Source of the DNA: a virus
Lineage: Duplodnaviria > Caudoviricetes
Length of the DNA: 34,756 nucleotides
Reading direction: 5' to 3' (one strand)
Virus record (IMG/VR): IMGVR_UViG_3300034050_000106
Coordinates: 1 to 34,756 of that record
The position numbers and the translations under genes are program-made. The notes under the pieces were generated by a model that saw only the letters and a program-made list of their open reading frames with translations, did not search any database and was not told the origin of the DNA. Within the stretch, counting starts at the first letter, position 1, and the number at the start of each line of letters is the position of its first letter. Positions 27,037 through 34,468 of this stretch are shown piece after piece.

Positions 27037-27248
27037 TGAAGTTTCTGGCGGCTTTACTGGGTATCATCGACAAGCTGTTGGGAGCTTGGGCGGAACACCG
27101 TTGGAAGCAGCAAGGTCGCCAGGAAACTATCAAGGAAATAAATGAGGCCATCAATGAGCAAATTGCATTGGGTGAAGCTGCCATCATTACTCCTGACGTT
27201 GAGCGCACTGAGCGGCTGCGCTACCGTTTCGACCGTTCCCGCAAATAG
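27036..27248 (+). CDS. Inner-membrane spanin (Rz-like)
   Basis: Hydrophobic N-terminus, helical remainder; overlapped by a lipoprotein gene. Confidence 0.65.
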   Translation: MKFLAALLGIIDKLLGAWAEHRWKQQGRQETIKEINEAINEQIALGEAAIITPDVERTERLRYRFDRSRK

Positions 27249-27378
27249 CTATTGCGCTATTGCGAAACCTATCACCTATGACGCAAAGCAAGACACCCCT
27301 GAAACTGTGGCGGAAATAGAGCTGCACAATAGCGTCTTGATTTGCTTATGCGAGGATGATTGCCCGAAAGGCAGCTAA
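27142..27378 (+). CDS. Outer-membrane spanin lipoprotein (Rz1-like)
   Basis: LLLTLSALSG-C lipobox; overlaps the Rz-like gene in another frame. Confidence 0.75.
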   Translation: MRPSMSKLHWVKLPSLLLTLSALSGCATVSTVPANSYCAIAKPITYDAKQDTPETVAEIELHNSVLICLCEDDCPKGS

Positions 27379-28557
27379 ATGGGAATTCCATTAAAAATTG
27401 ATGAAGCGTTGCTTGTATACGCTACTCCCCGTCAACGCGAAGTGTTAGAAGCAGTCAACTTGCATGGAAGCGCACTAGCTGCGTCAATTGCGTTAGGCAT
27501 TAATAAAGGCGCTGCCAGCGATGCCTATAACGCAGTCATAAAGAAAGCTGCTCGATCTGGTTACTCACCGGAGCATGACTTCACCCGCCCCGTGCCAGAT
27601 GGATATGTAGCTAAGGGCGTCAGCACCTATTACAACAAGGAAGGCAAACCATCCGGACAATGGGTTAAGGCATCACTTAGCCATCAAGCTCTTGTAGACG
27701 CCATGCGAGAGGCTATTGATGGCTTCAAGGATGAAATACAGCCAACTAGTGCTATCATTGCCCCAGCACGCTCTGAGGAGCATCTGTGCAACCTTTACAC
27801 GTTCACTGATTACCACCTTGGAATGCTGGCGTGGAATCAGGAAGGTGGGAGCGATTGGAATATATCGCTGGCAGAGAAAACAATCATTGCGGCTCTGGCT
27901 CAGATGATCGAGCAAAGCCCAAAGGCGCACACGGCAGTAATCAACATTCAGGGCGACTTTCTGCACACTGATGGCAAGACGCCAGTAACGCCAGCCAGCA
28001 AACACGTTCTAGACGCTGACAGCCGATTCCCTAAGATACGACGTGCAGCAATCCGAATCATTCGATTACTGGTTACAATGTCTTTGCAACGCCATCAGGA
28101 AGTTCAGTTGATTATAGCTGAAGGCAATCACGATGAGGAAAGCGCGGGATGGTTGGCTGATCTATTTGCTGTGCATTACGAGGAAGAACCCCGCGTAATC
28201 GTCAACGATAGCGTCTTGCCATTCTATGTCCTTGAGTGGGGTAATACCATGCTTGGCATTCATCATGGCCATAAAGTCAAGAACGAGTCCCTACCGCTGT
28301 TGTTTGCAGCACAATTCCCACAAGAATGGGGCAGGACTACCAGGCGTGAGATACATTGTGGACATCGCCACCACAGGGACGAGAAAGAATATAATGGCGT
28401 TACGGTTGTTCAGCATCCTACTCTAGCTGCTAGGGATGCGTATGCCGCAAGAGGCGGCTGGATTGCCGATCGTGCAGCCTGGGCTATAACCTACCACAAG
28501 AAATACGGCGCAGTTGGTCGCGTAATGATTACCACGGAAATGCTAGAGGTGATTTAG
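27379..28557 (+). CDS. Calcineurin-like metallophosphoesterase with an N-terminal HTH-like region
   Basis: TDYHLG, GDFLH, GNHD, HHGH and GHRHH motifs. Confidence 0.85.
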   Translation: MGIPLKIDEALLVYATPRQREVLEAVNLHGSALAASIALGINKGAASDAYNAVIKKAARSGYSPEHDFTRPVPDGYVAKGVSTYYNKEGKPSGQWVKASLSHQALVDAMREAIDGFKDEIQPTSAIIAPARSEEHLCNLYTFTDYHLGMLAWNQEGGSDWNISLAEKTIIAALAQMIEQSPKAHTAVINIQGDFLHTDGKTPVTPASKHVLDADSRFPKIRRAAIRIIRLLVTMSLQRHQEVQLIIAEGNHDEESAGWLADLFAVHYEEEPRVIVNDSVLPFYVLEWGNTMLGIHHGHKVKNESLPLLFAAQFPQEWGRTTRREIHCGHRHHRDEKEYNGVTVVQHPTLAARDAYAARGGWIADRAAWAITYHKKYGAVGRVMITTEMLEVI

Positions 28558-28747
28558 CAAGCGCACAAACAATCTCAATAGCCCTTGCTGACGTAATGCT
28601 TTTCCATTCGCACCACGATCCGCAGGCACATTCGTCTTCCTCAAATGCAAAGCAATCACACTTCTTGGCATCGGCCTCTAACGCATTGGCAGCGGCTTTG
28701 ATGCCAGCGTCATAACCTGACTGCCATTCGGATGCTGGATCGCTCAT
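28529..28747 (-). CDS. Cys-rich hypothetical protein
   Basis: ATGA coupling; CDC..CAC..C cluster; last gene of the leftward unit. Confidence 0.6.
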   Translation of the reverse strand: MSDPASEWQSGYDAGIKAAANALEADAKKCDCFAFEEDECACGSWCEWKSITSARAIEIVCALAKSPLAFPW

Positions 28748-29274
28748 TGCCCCTTCTCCCGTATCTCAAAGCCACGCGCTTCCAGTGCGGCGCGGAGCCA
28801 TGCGGCTTCATCGGTGATAACTTCTTCGGCCGGCTCAATAAAGCGACGACGAAGCATCTTATCCAATACCTCCGCCAACGGATCAGGCTTGGGCTTGGGG
28901 ATGATGAAGCGTTCCAATGGCTCACCGCCATCCTCTGCAACCAAATGTTCCCCAAAATAATCCACCACCGCATCGCTCACCTCTTGCTTAAAGGCTTCGT
29001 GCTGTTCGATGGCGAGGCATAGTGCAATGTGGCGCGCAGTGTATTCAGTGGCGATTGGATATTCGCGCCGTACCTCATCCAGCAGCGCCAAGGCTTTTGC
29101 TTCAATGCTATCGTCCAATAGCTGACCACCCGAGCGGCTCCCGTCGGTGTGGATTTTGCCGTATGGATCATCTCGTATCATCATGCCTCCATCGCAGTGA
29201 CATTTGTGGATTAGGTAGGCAGGTGCGCTTGGGTATCGCGCCCCGCATTTGTTGCATGTACTCATGTCGGTCAT
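28744..29274 (-). CDS. Hypothetical protein with an N-terminal CxxC...HxC Zn-finger-like motif
   Basis: ACAGGAG RBS before ATG 29274; ATGA coupling at both ends. Confidence 0.65.
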   Translation of the reverse strand: MTDMSTCNKCGARYPSAPAYLIHKCHCDGGMMIRDDPYGKIHTDGSRSGGQLLDDSIEAKALALLDEVRREYPIATEYTARHIALCLAIEQHEAFKQEVSDAVVDYFGEHLVAEDGGEPLERFIIPKPKPDPLAEVLDKMLRRRFIEPAEEVITDEAAWLRAALEARGFEIREKGQ

Positions 29275-29402
29275 TTGCTTTGCTCCTGTTCCTTGCGGCG
29301 CTCTGCGAACGTCTTTCCGTCTGCACCGCGCAAAGGCCATGCGCTGTCTGATGATACGCGGTGCTTCTTGCCCATAGGGGCTGCTTGTTGTGGCTTAATC
29401 AT
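29271..29402 (-). CDS. 43-aa hypothetical protein MIKPQQAAPMGKKHRVSSDSAWPLRGADGKTFAERRKEQEQSK (not in the ORF track)
   Basis: Starts 1 nt after the upstream stop; its TGA overlaps the next ATG. Confidence 0.65.
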   Translation of the reverse strand: MIKPQQAAPMGKKHRVSSDSAWPLRGADGKTFAERRKEQEQSK

Positions 29403-29403
29403 C

Positions 29404-29493
29404 TCAAACGCCCTTTTCAGTTACAAACATAATTACAACTGCAACTGACCATATGACGACCAGCCAGAATTGAGTTTTGGAAATTTTATTCAT
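29404..29493 (-). CDS. 29-aa single-TM peptide MNKISKTQFWLVVIWSVAVVIMFVTEKGV (not in the ORF track)
   Basis: AGGGAG RBS; first ORF after promoter cassette B. Confidence 0.7.
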   Translation of the reverse strand: MNKISKTQFWLVVIWSVAVVIMFVTEKGV

Positions 29494-29580
29494 AATCTAC
29501 TCCCTAAATGGCGGGGCTTGGCCCCTTGGTTGATGCCCTCTTTTAAAAAGGCTCAAACTGTATGTAAAGCGTTTTTTTCA
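29494..29580 (-). promoter_or_regulatory. Early promoter + leader cassette, copy B
   Basis: Minus strand: A-tract, TTTACA (29568-63), 17-nt spacer, TAAAAG (29545-40), GGGGC-CAA-GCCCC hairpin, GGAG RBS. Confidence 0.75.
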
Positions 29581-29588
29581 TTACGCAT

Positions 29589-29626
29589 AAAAAAAGGCGG
29601 GCCGCGCAATGCAAACCCGCCCTTTT
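29589..29626 (-). terminator. Intrinsic (possibly bidirectional) terminator
   Basis: A7-GGCGGG...CCCGCC-CTTTT; gives a U7 tail on the minus strand just before promoter B. Confidence 0.7.
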
Positions 29627-29628
29627 CC

Positions 29629-29859
29629 TTATACTAGCAACCGTTCTGGAATTTGTAATATCCAGCCGTGTTTGATTGCTGTGTCCACAAAACGATCTTT
29701 ATCCAATGCGTGCTGCCCTGTTGTAAGCTGGGCCTTCAGCAGTGACTTGCTGGCATTTGCTATTGACTCATTTTGATGCCGACTGAGCCATTCCATGCGG
29801 CTGCAACTAGGTTTGGCTCTGCGCCTATGATCTAAATTCAATCTTGAACCTCGCGTCAT
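29629..29859 (-). CDS. Hypothetical protein
   Basis: AGGAG RBS; ends at the terminator. Confidence 0.6.
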   Translation of the reverse strand: MTRGSRLNLDHRRRAKPSCSRMEWLSRHQNESIANASKSLLKAQLTTGQHALDKDRFVDTAIKHGWILQIPERLLV

Positions 29860-30283
29860 GTTTGCTCCTACCTTTTATTGTTGGTGAATTTTCACCTGTC
29901 CTACTTTTACAATATGCAATGAATTTAGGCATATTTAGGTTTTCCTTTTGCGTTCCCCATTTTAGATTTTCAGGGCGATTGTTCAGCGCATCTTCGTCAA
30001 GATGGATAACAACAGCTTTAGGAAATGGAGCTACGCCGTGGAAGGCTTCGCAAACTAAACGATGAATTTTTAAATTGCCTCTTTTTCTATGAAAAAAACC
30101 ATAATATTCATGTCTTGCAGTTTTAGACGCCCTTCTTTTGCTTCCATATGTCGGAAGTGGTGTATATGTTCTCCATCCGCCTTTTGGCGTTTGAGCAATG
30201 CCCTCAGGTAAAATGACTCGTCCCCAAGATGATGCCATCATTCCAGGTTGCGAAGGTATAGGTTTCCATGTTTCTTTTTCCAT
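29825..30283 (-). CDS. NUMOD4-HNH homing endonuclease
   Basis: ETWKPIP...ASSWGRV N-terminus; IHRLVCEAFHG...HLDEDALNNRPENLKWGTQKEN. Confidence 0.9.
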   Translation of the reverse strand: MEKETWKPIPSQPGMMASSWGRVILPEGIAQTPKGGWRTYTPLPTYGSKRRASKTARHEYYGFFHRKRGNLKIHRLVCEAFHGVAPFPKAVVIHLDEDALNNRPENLKWGTQKENLNMPKFIAYCKSRTGENSPTIKGRSKHDARFKIEFRS

Positions 30284-30321
30284 ACCATTCGCAATCCTTT
30301 AGAATTGATACGTTGTCAATT

Positions 30322-30690
30322 CTAAAACGGCACGGAGTCCTCCAAATCATCATCAAACGTGGTATGCTGATTTTGACTATGCACCTGGCTTAAACCAGCT
30401 TCCGATCGTGGCGCTGTATCAATACTGCCAACGCGCACATTGAATTGCGGTTTGCCTTCGTATTCATCATGCGTGAGTTCGCCTGATACAAAGACCTTCG
30501 TGCCTTTCTTGATACTGCCAGCAAATGCCTCCGCTGCCTTGCCCCATAAGCTGCAACGATACCAAACGCTGCCAGCATCTTTGCCGAATCCATTTTTAAC
30601 GCCTACGTTGAAGCTTAGAACCTTGCTGTCGCGTGTGTCGCGCAATTCAGCGTCCTTGCCTACGTTTCCTGATATTGTGATTAATTGCAT
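30322..30690 (-). CDS. ssb: Single-stranded DNA-binding protein
   Basis: ISGNVGKDAELR, WYRCSLWGK, KKGTKVFVSGEL; acidic DDLEDSVPF tail. Confidence 0.95.
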   Translation of the reverse strand: MQLITISGNVGKDAELRDTRDSKVLSFNVGVKNGFGKDAGSVWYRCSLWGKAAEAFAGSIKKGTKVFVSGELTHDEYEGKPQFNVRVGSIDTAPRSEAGLSQVHSQNQHTTFDDDLEDSVPF

Positions 30691-30700
30691 AAATATTCTC

Positions 30701-30934
30701 CTATAGTCCCAAAGCGGTCAAGTATGTGTCGAGTATGGCTTGATATTCCGCACGTTCATTTGATTCCATTGCCCGAAGGCGGATCACTGCACGGACAATT
30801 TTTGCATCGTAACCATGCATTTTTGTTTCACTGTAAACTTCACGGATGTCATCGCTGATGCCTTTCTTATCTTCGTTCAGGCGTTCGATACGCTCAATCA
30901 AAAGACGAAGCTGTTCACTGTGTGGTTCACTCAT
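30701..30934 (-). CDS. gapR: GapR / DUF2312 DNA-binding protein
   Basis: EQLRLLIERIERLNEDKKGISDDIREVYSE.K..GYDAKIVR...LDTYLTALG. Confidence 0.9.
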   Translation of the reverse strand: MSEPHSEQLRLLIERIERLNEDKKGISDDIREVYSETKMHGYDAKIVRAVIRLRAMESNERAEYQAILDTYLTALGL

Positions 30935-31307
30935 ATTCTTCACTCCATTTTACATTGTGTTGCGCCCCATACGAATACACAAACTCAATTAAATCTGACA
31001 TCTGGGCCTTAGTTAGCTTTGATGTTTTAAAGCCTATGGGGAAAGGCTGATCGTTAAGGCCCATTGTGAACATCACTTCATGCCCCAATGCTGCCATAAA
31101 AATGCACTTCCAAACTTCTGGTATGTGTCGCCTTTCTTCTGGTGCTGCTCGACTAATGTCTGACAGCATGGCCCACATCTTTGCATTCTGGTCATCTGAG
31201 CGTTTGGCTTGGCTGATCTTAACAACTGCATCCTGTGGAGCCTTGTCAATCAACTGGTGAGCCAATCGCCTTTGATACTCACCGCGAAGCCAAACTGTTT
31301 GCGTCAT
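30927..31307 (-). CDS. ninB: NinB/Orf-family recombination protein
   Basis: KRSDDQNAKMWAMLSDIS; TSKLTKAQMSDLIEFVYSYGAQHNVKWS. Confidence 0.9.
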   Translation of the reverse strand: MTQTVWLRGEYQRRLAHQLIDKAPQDAVVKISQAKRSDDQNAKMWAMLSDISRAAPEERRHIPEVWKCIFMAALGHEVMFTMGLNDQPFPIGFKTSKLTKAQMSDLIEFVYSYGAQHNVKWSEEYE

Positions 31308-31636
31308 TGGCTTTGAGCCTCTTTAATCTCACGCGCCTTTGGGCTTTCTTTGCAGAATGCTTCAATCAAGGCCTCAATGTCGATGCCTTTCCAGAATGTC
31401 TGCTCACCAACTGTATGCTGCTGAGCGTGATGAGTGCGGCACAATGGGACTACTCGCCAATCATCTGGCTTTTGTCCCATCCCTGCCCCGCTACCATAGC
31501 GAACATGGGCGCATTCGATAGGCATATCTTGGCAACCATTGATAGAGCAATGGAACGATCGAATGAAGTTTAGATGACTTGGTGAGCGCCAGCGCAATGA
31601 ACGCTTTGGCTTCTTGGCAATGCGACTAGGCAGCAT
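31304..31636 (-). CDS. DUF968-like / HNHc nuclease domain protein
   Basis: HLNFIRSFHC...ECAHVR...GMGQKPDD..VVPLCRTHHAQQH; start at ATG 31636. Confidence 0.8.
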   Translation of the reverse strand: MLPSRIAKKPKRSLRWRSPSHLNFIRSFHCSINGCQDMPIECAHVRYGSGAGMGQKPDDWRVVPLCRTHHAQQHTVGEQTFWKGIDIEALIEAFCKESPKAREIKEAQSQ

Positions 31637-31847
31637 CTTCAAGTTCCAAGCTATACTCAGCGATGTAAGCGGACTCACCCCAACGATTAACCACCTCGAC
31701 CTTTTGGGTGTTAATCTTATGCCCAGCCTTTCGCAGATCATTAATCCGCGATGCCAAGCGATAGATGCCCAAATCATTCCATGCTGTCATTGGGCGAATA
31801 GGCCCAACGGTGTTCAAGTGATCTAAAATTCTGTCGTTCTGTGACAT
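31626..31847 (-). CDS. Winged-HTH DNA-binding protein
   Basis: QNDRILDHL..GPI..A..LGIYRLASRINDLRKAGHKI...AEYSL. Confidence 0.8.
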   Translation of the reverse strand: MSQNDRILDHLNTVGPIRPMTAWNDLGIYRLASRINDLRKAGHKINTQKVEVVNRWGESAYIAEYSLELEDAA

Positions 31848-32476
31848 TATTGGTCTCCTAGTTTTGATAACGCTTTTACGTCTTCATCAACTTCTACAAG
31901 AAATGCGGCAACCTCTGATTCCAAAATTGCCAGCATATCGTTGTCGCGCTCCACTCGCTGAATGTAAAGCGAAAGATGGTCTGGCATACGTGGATCAAAG
32001 CTTACAAAGTCGCACCATTGCCGATCGGCACAAGCCATCTGCCATTGCATTTGGAGTATATATTTGTGCGCGATTTGTTTAGTTTTGAGCACTTCTATAT
32101 GTGTGGCAGAATTAGGGCACTTAATCTCAATGCAGCCATCATCGCCTACAAGGCCATCAGGGCTTGCGTGAGAGCCAATAATGGTTGGGTGCTTATATAG
32201 CCCTACCTCAGTCACATCATTGCCTGTAACGAAGCTGTAAGCGGTTCTGGCGTCTTCTTCTTTCTCCTGCCCCCAGATCATAGCGGAACTTGCAAATCCG
32301 TCCTCCTGTTGGCCTGTTAGCCTTTCAACCACAAGCTTGGCACGAAGGTTAGCGCGTGACGCTCCCCAGCCAGATTTTGTCTTGGCTAGGGCGTCTGCCA
32401 GTTGGGATGCGCCAAGGCTCCCACAACGTGCTGCATACCATTCGGCACTGCGTTGTATGATTGCTGCGTCTGTCAT
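31847..32476 (-). CDS. YqaJ / lambda-exonuclease family protein
   Basis: QRSAEWYAARCG, ASPDGLV, IEIKCP, QMQWQM, CDFVSFDPR. Confidence 0.95.
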   Translation of the reverse strand: MTDAAIIQRSAEWYAARCGSLGASQLADALAKTKSGWGASRANLRAKLVVERLTGQQEDGFASSAMIWGQEKEEDARTAYSFVTGNDVTEVGLYKHPTIIGSHASPDGLVGDDGCIEIKCPNSATHIEVLKTKQIAHKYILQMQWQMACADRQWCDFVSFDPRMPDHLSLYIQRVERDNDMLAILESEVAAFLVEVDEDVKALSKLGDQ

Positions 32477-33036
32477 GCTTCGATCTTCTTTTCTAGAGCA
32501 GCCTTAACCACATCAAAGCGGGTTTCCGGCAATTCCTTCAGTGCGCTGATTTTGTAATGCTTGCAGAGCAACGCTAAGTCTGTGCGAGTGTAATCGACCA
32601 GCTTTTGCAATTCCGCAAATTGTTCGTCACTGATAAACTTAACCCGTGGCGCTGGTTCGCTCTTACCTGTCGTTGCATCCAGTGCGTCATGTTCGACAAT
32701 GCAAAGGGCTGCTGTCCAGAGGTAGCGGGTTGAGTATGTCTCACACGCGCCAATGTTCTGTATCTCGTGACAGCCTTTAAGATTGGCTGAACCCATTGGG
32801 CTATGAATGATGACTTGGCTACCATCTTCGACATCGACAATGTGCATGGTCGCGGTAGTTTCCGAAAAACTGATAACAGCGCACAGACCAACATCGTTAA
32901 AGATGCGGAGGGCTGGAATCACAAAGTCGGCAAGCTCAAAATATTTATATCCAGCAAACGTATTGTGACCGGACTTTTTGAGCGGCAATGCGTGGAAGGC
33001 AATCCGCGCTTCGTTAAGCTTTTTATGTACTGGCAT
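32473..33036 (-). CDS. ERF-family ssDNA annealing protein
   Basis: KKSGHNTFAGYKYFELAD; QNIGACETYSTRY..AL.IVEHD; paired with the exonuclease. Confidence 0.85.
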   Translation of the reverse strand: MPVHKKLNEARIAFHALPLKKSGHNTFAGYKYFELADFVIPALRIFNDVGLCAVISFSETTATMHIVDVEDGSQVIIHSPMGSANLKGCHEIQNIGACETYSTRYLWTAALCIVEHDALDATTGKSEPAPRVKFISDEQFAELQKLVDYTRTDLALLCKHYKISALKELPETRFDVVKAALEKKIEA

Positions 33037-33127
33037 TGTGGTATCTCCTTTTATTTGCCAAACCCCTTGTAACTAATCCGCATAAGATTAAAAGCGTTTT
33101 TTATCCACAATCGAAAGAAAGTTTAAA
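33037..33127. promoter_or_regulatory. Divergent control region containing a leftward promoter-like element and a perfect DnaA box (TTATCCACA, 33101-33109)
   Basis: Minus strand AAAAAACGCTTTTAA..TACAAG resembles cassettes A/B; AAAGGAG RBS for the ERF gene. Confidence 0.6.
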
Positions 33128-33334
33128 ATGACCAATGTAGACCAAGCAATTGCAGAGTTTTACGACCTTGCCAGGGCGCACAAGATCAGGGCTTACCAGA
33201 TAGCAAACGAGGCTGGCTTGACCCGCGTTACCTTGTCTAACTGGAAAAGCAAACGCAACGAACCGACTCTTGGAGCTTGGCTCCTGGCTAACGAGGCACT
33301 GCAACGCCTAGTGGATCAGAAAATTAAAGCATGA
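33128..33334 (+). CDS. Cro-like XRE HTH regulator
   Basis: QIANEAGLTRVTLSNWK..RNEPTL; first gene of the rightward operon. Confidence 0.8.
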   Translation: MTNVDQAIAEFYDLARAHKIRAYQIANEAGLTRVTLSNWKSKRNEPTLGAWLLANEALQRLVDQKIKA

Positions 33335-33687
33335 AACGCTTTAATAAGTATCGCGCCATTAAAACGCAGTGTGTTGCTGGCCATACTCATGACAGTAAAA
33401 AGGAATCCATTAGATGCAATGAGCTACATGAGTTGCAGGCAGCTGGTGAAATTAGTGATTTAATCGCTCATCCGCAATTCTGGTTTGTGATTAACGGCAA
33501 GCAGATCAAACACGATAATGGAAGGCGTGTTGGGGTAAAGCTTGACTTTCAATATAAGGATAAGCATAATCGGATGATATGCGAAGATGTTAAGCCTCAA
33601 AGCCGAATGGCTATTAGCCGCGATTGGCCATTGAGGAAGGCAATCTTCAAAGCATTGTTTGAGGATTATGATTTGTATGAAACGTGA
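33331..33687 (+). CDS. DUF1064 family (PD-(D/E)xK-like, putative resolvase)
   Basis: NKYRAIKT, HDSKKE, LDFQY, EDVK. Confidence 0.85.
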   Translation: MKRFNKYRAIKTQCVAGHTHDSKKESIRCNELHELQAAGEISDLIAHPQFWFVINGKQIKHDNGRRVGVKLDFQYKDKHNRMICEDVKPQSRMAISRDWPLRKAIFKALFEDYDLYET

Positions 33688-34186
33688 ACACCCCACTATA
33701 ACCGAATTATTAAACAGAACGAAATTGATAAATGATTGCCGCGAATGGTCTAGTAAGCGCACTAGGGCTGGTTACGGCAGACTTCACATTAATGGCGTAG
33801 AAACATATGCTCATCGGGCTATGATGGTTGCTTTAACAGGTAAACCAGTACCAGATGGTTTGTGTGTGCTGCATTCATGCGATAATAAATGCTGTATTAA
33901 TCCTCATCATCTGAGGATCGGTACACATGCAGAAAATATGCAAGATGCCAAAGAGCGTGGCAGGTTTCACGGGCCTCCAAAGGGATCGTGGTCTGGCACA
34001 AAAAATCCAAAATCCGTCTTATCTTTGGATGATCGCAACAAGATTATTGAGCTTTTGAAAATGGGAAAAAGTGCAACTGAGGTTTCGGAAATGTTTCCTG
34101 TCACGCAAGCAAGGTGCGGGCAAATAAGAAAAGAAGAAGGAATTCCTTTAATACGATCAAGGCGATGCAAAACTGTCGCCAAATAA
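33677..34186 (+). CDS. HNH (Zn-binding loop) homing endonuclease
   Basis: GYG, AHR, VLHSCDNKCCINPHHLRIGTHAENMQD; C-terminal HTH. Confidence 0.9.
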   Translation: MKREHPTITELLNRTKLINDCREWSSKRTRAGYGRLHINGVETYAHRAMMVALTGKPVPDGLCVLHSCDNKCCINPHHLRIGTHAENMQDAKERGRFHGPPKGSWSGTKNPKSVLSLDDRNKIIELLKMGKSATEVSEMFPVTQARCGQIRKEEGIPLIRSRRCKTVAK

Positions 34187-34257
34187 AAAAATGGGCAGTG
34201 CGACCGAGAAAGCCCAATCCAAACACTGCCCAGTTCGTTTCGGTAAGGAGTACCAAT
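34185..34257 (-). ncRNA. Candidate ~70-nt small RNA with an anti-SD loop
   Basis: Minus-strand TTGACC(34293-88)-18-TATCTT(34269-64); GGUA-CUCCU-UACC hairpin; 9-bp stem 34192-200/34224-32 followed by U7. Confidence 0.5.
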
Positions 34258-34312
34258 CCGCGCAAGATACGCTGATAGCATATGTCAGGTCAATCACTTG
34301 CAAAAATTCTCT

Positions 34313-34340
34313 TTTACAAGGCCGCGTTTTCGATTATAGG
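34313..34340 (+). promoter_or_regulatory. Candidate promoter for the replication leader
   Basis: A-tract, TTTACA (34313-18), 16-nt spacer, TATAGG (34335-40); same class as cassettes A/B. Confidence 0.55.
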
Positions 34341-34419
34341 AGAGCGAGCGGGGAGTGCCCAAGAGAGGACAGGCACTCAACCCGCTCTAACAACGCCTAG
34401 CAGAAGGAGGCATCGCTGT
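34341..34419 (-). ncRNA. Candidate countertranscript (antisense RNA) to the replication leader
   Basis: Minus-strand TTGCGT(34453-48)-17-TATTAC(34430-25); two hairpins, the first carrying CCUCCUUCU. Confidence 0.5.
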
Positions 34420-34420
34420 A

Positions 34421-34468
34421 ATGAGTAATACACGCCACAGAACCATCACGCAAGATATTGCGTCATGA
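34421..34468 (+). CDS. 15-aa leader peptide MSNTRHRTITQDIAS coupled to the initiator
   Basis: AAGGAGG RBS (34404-10); its TGA overlaps the initiator ATG (ATGA); the initiator has no SD of its own. Confidence 0.65.
   Translation: MSNTRHRTITQDIAS

Noticed and set aside
34191-34400. 69-aa plus-strand ORF
   Set aside because: No RBS; it runs through hairpins and promoter elements better explained as regulatory RNA.
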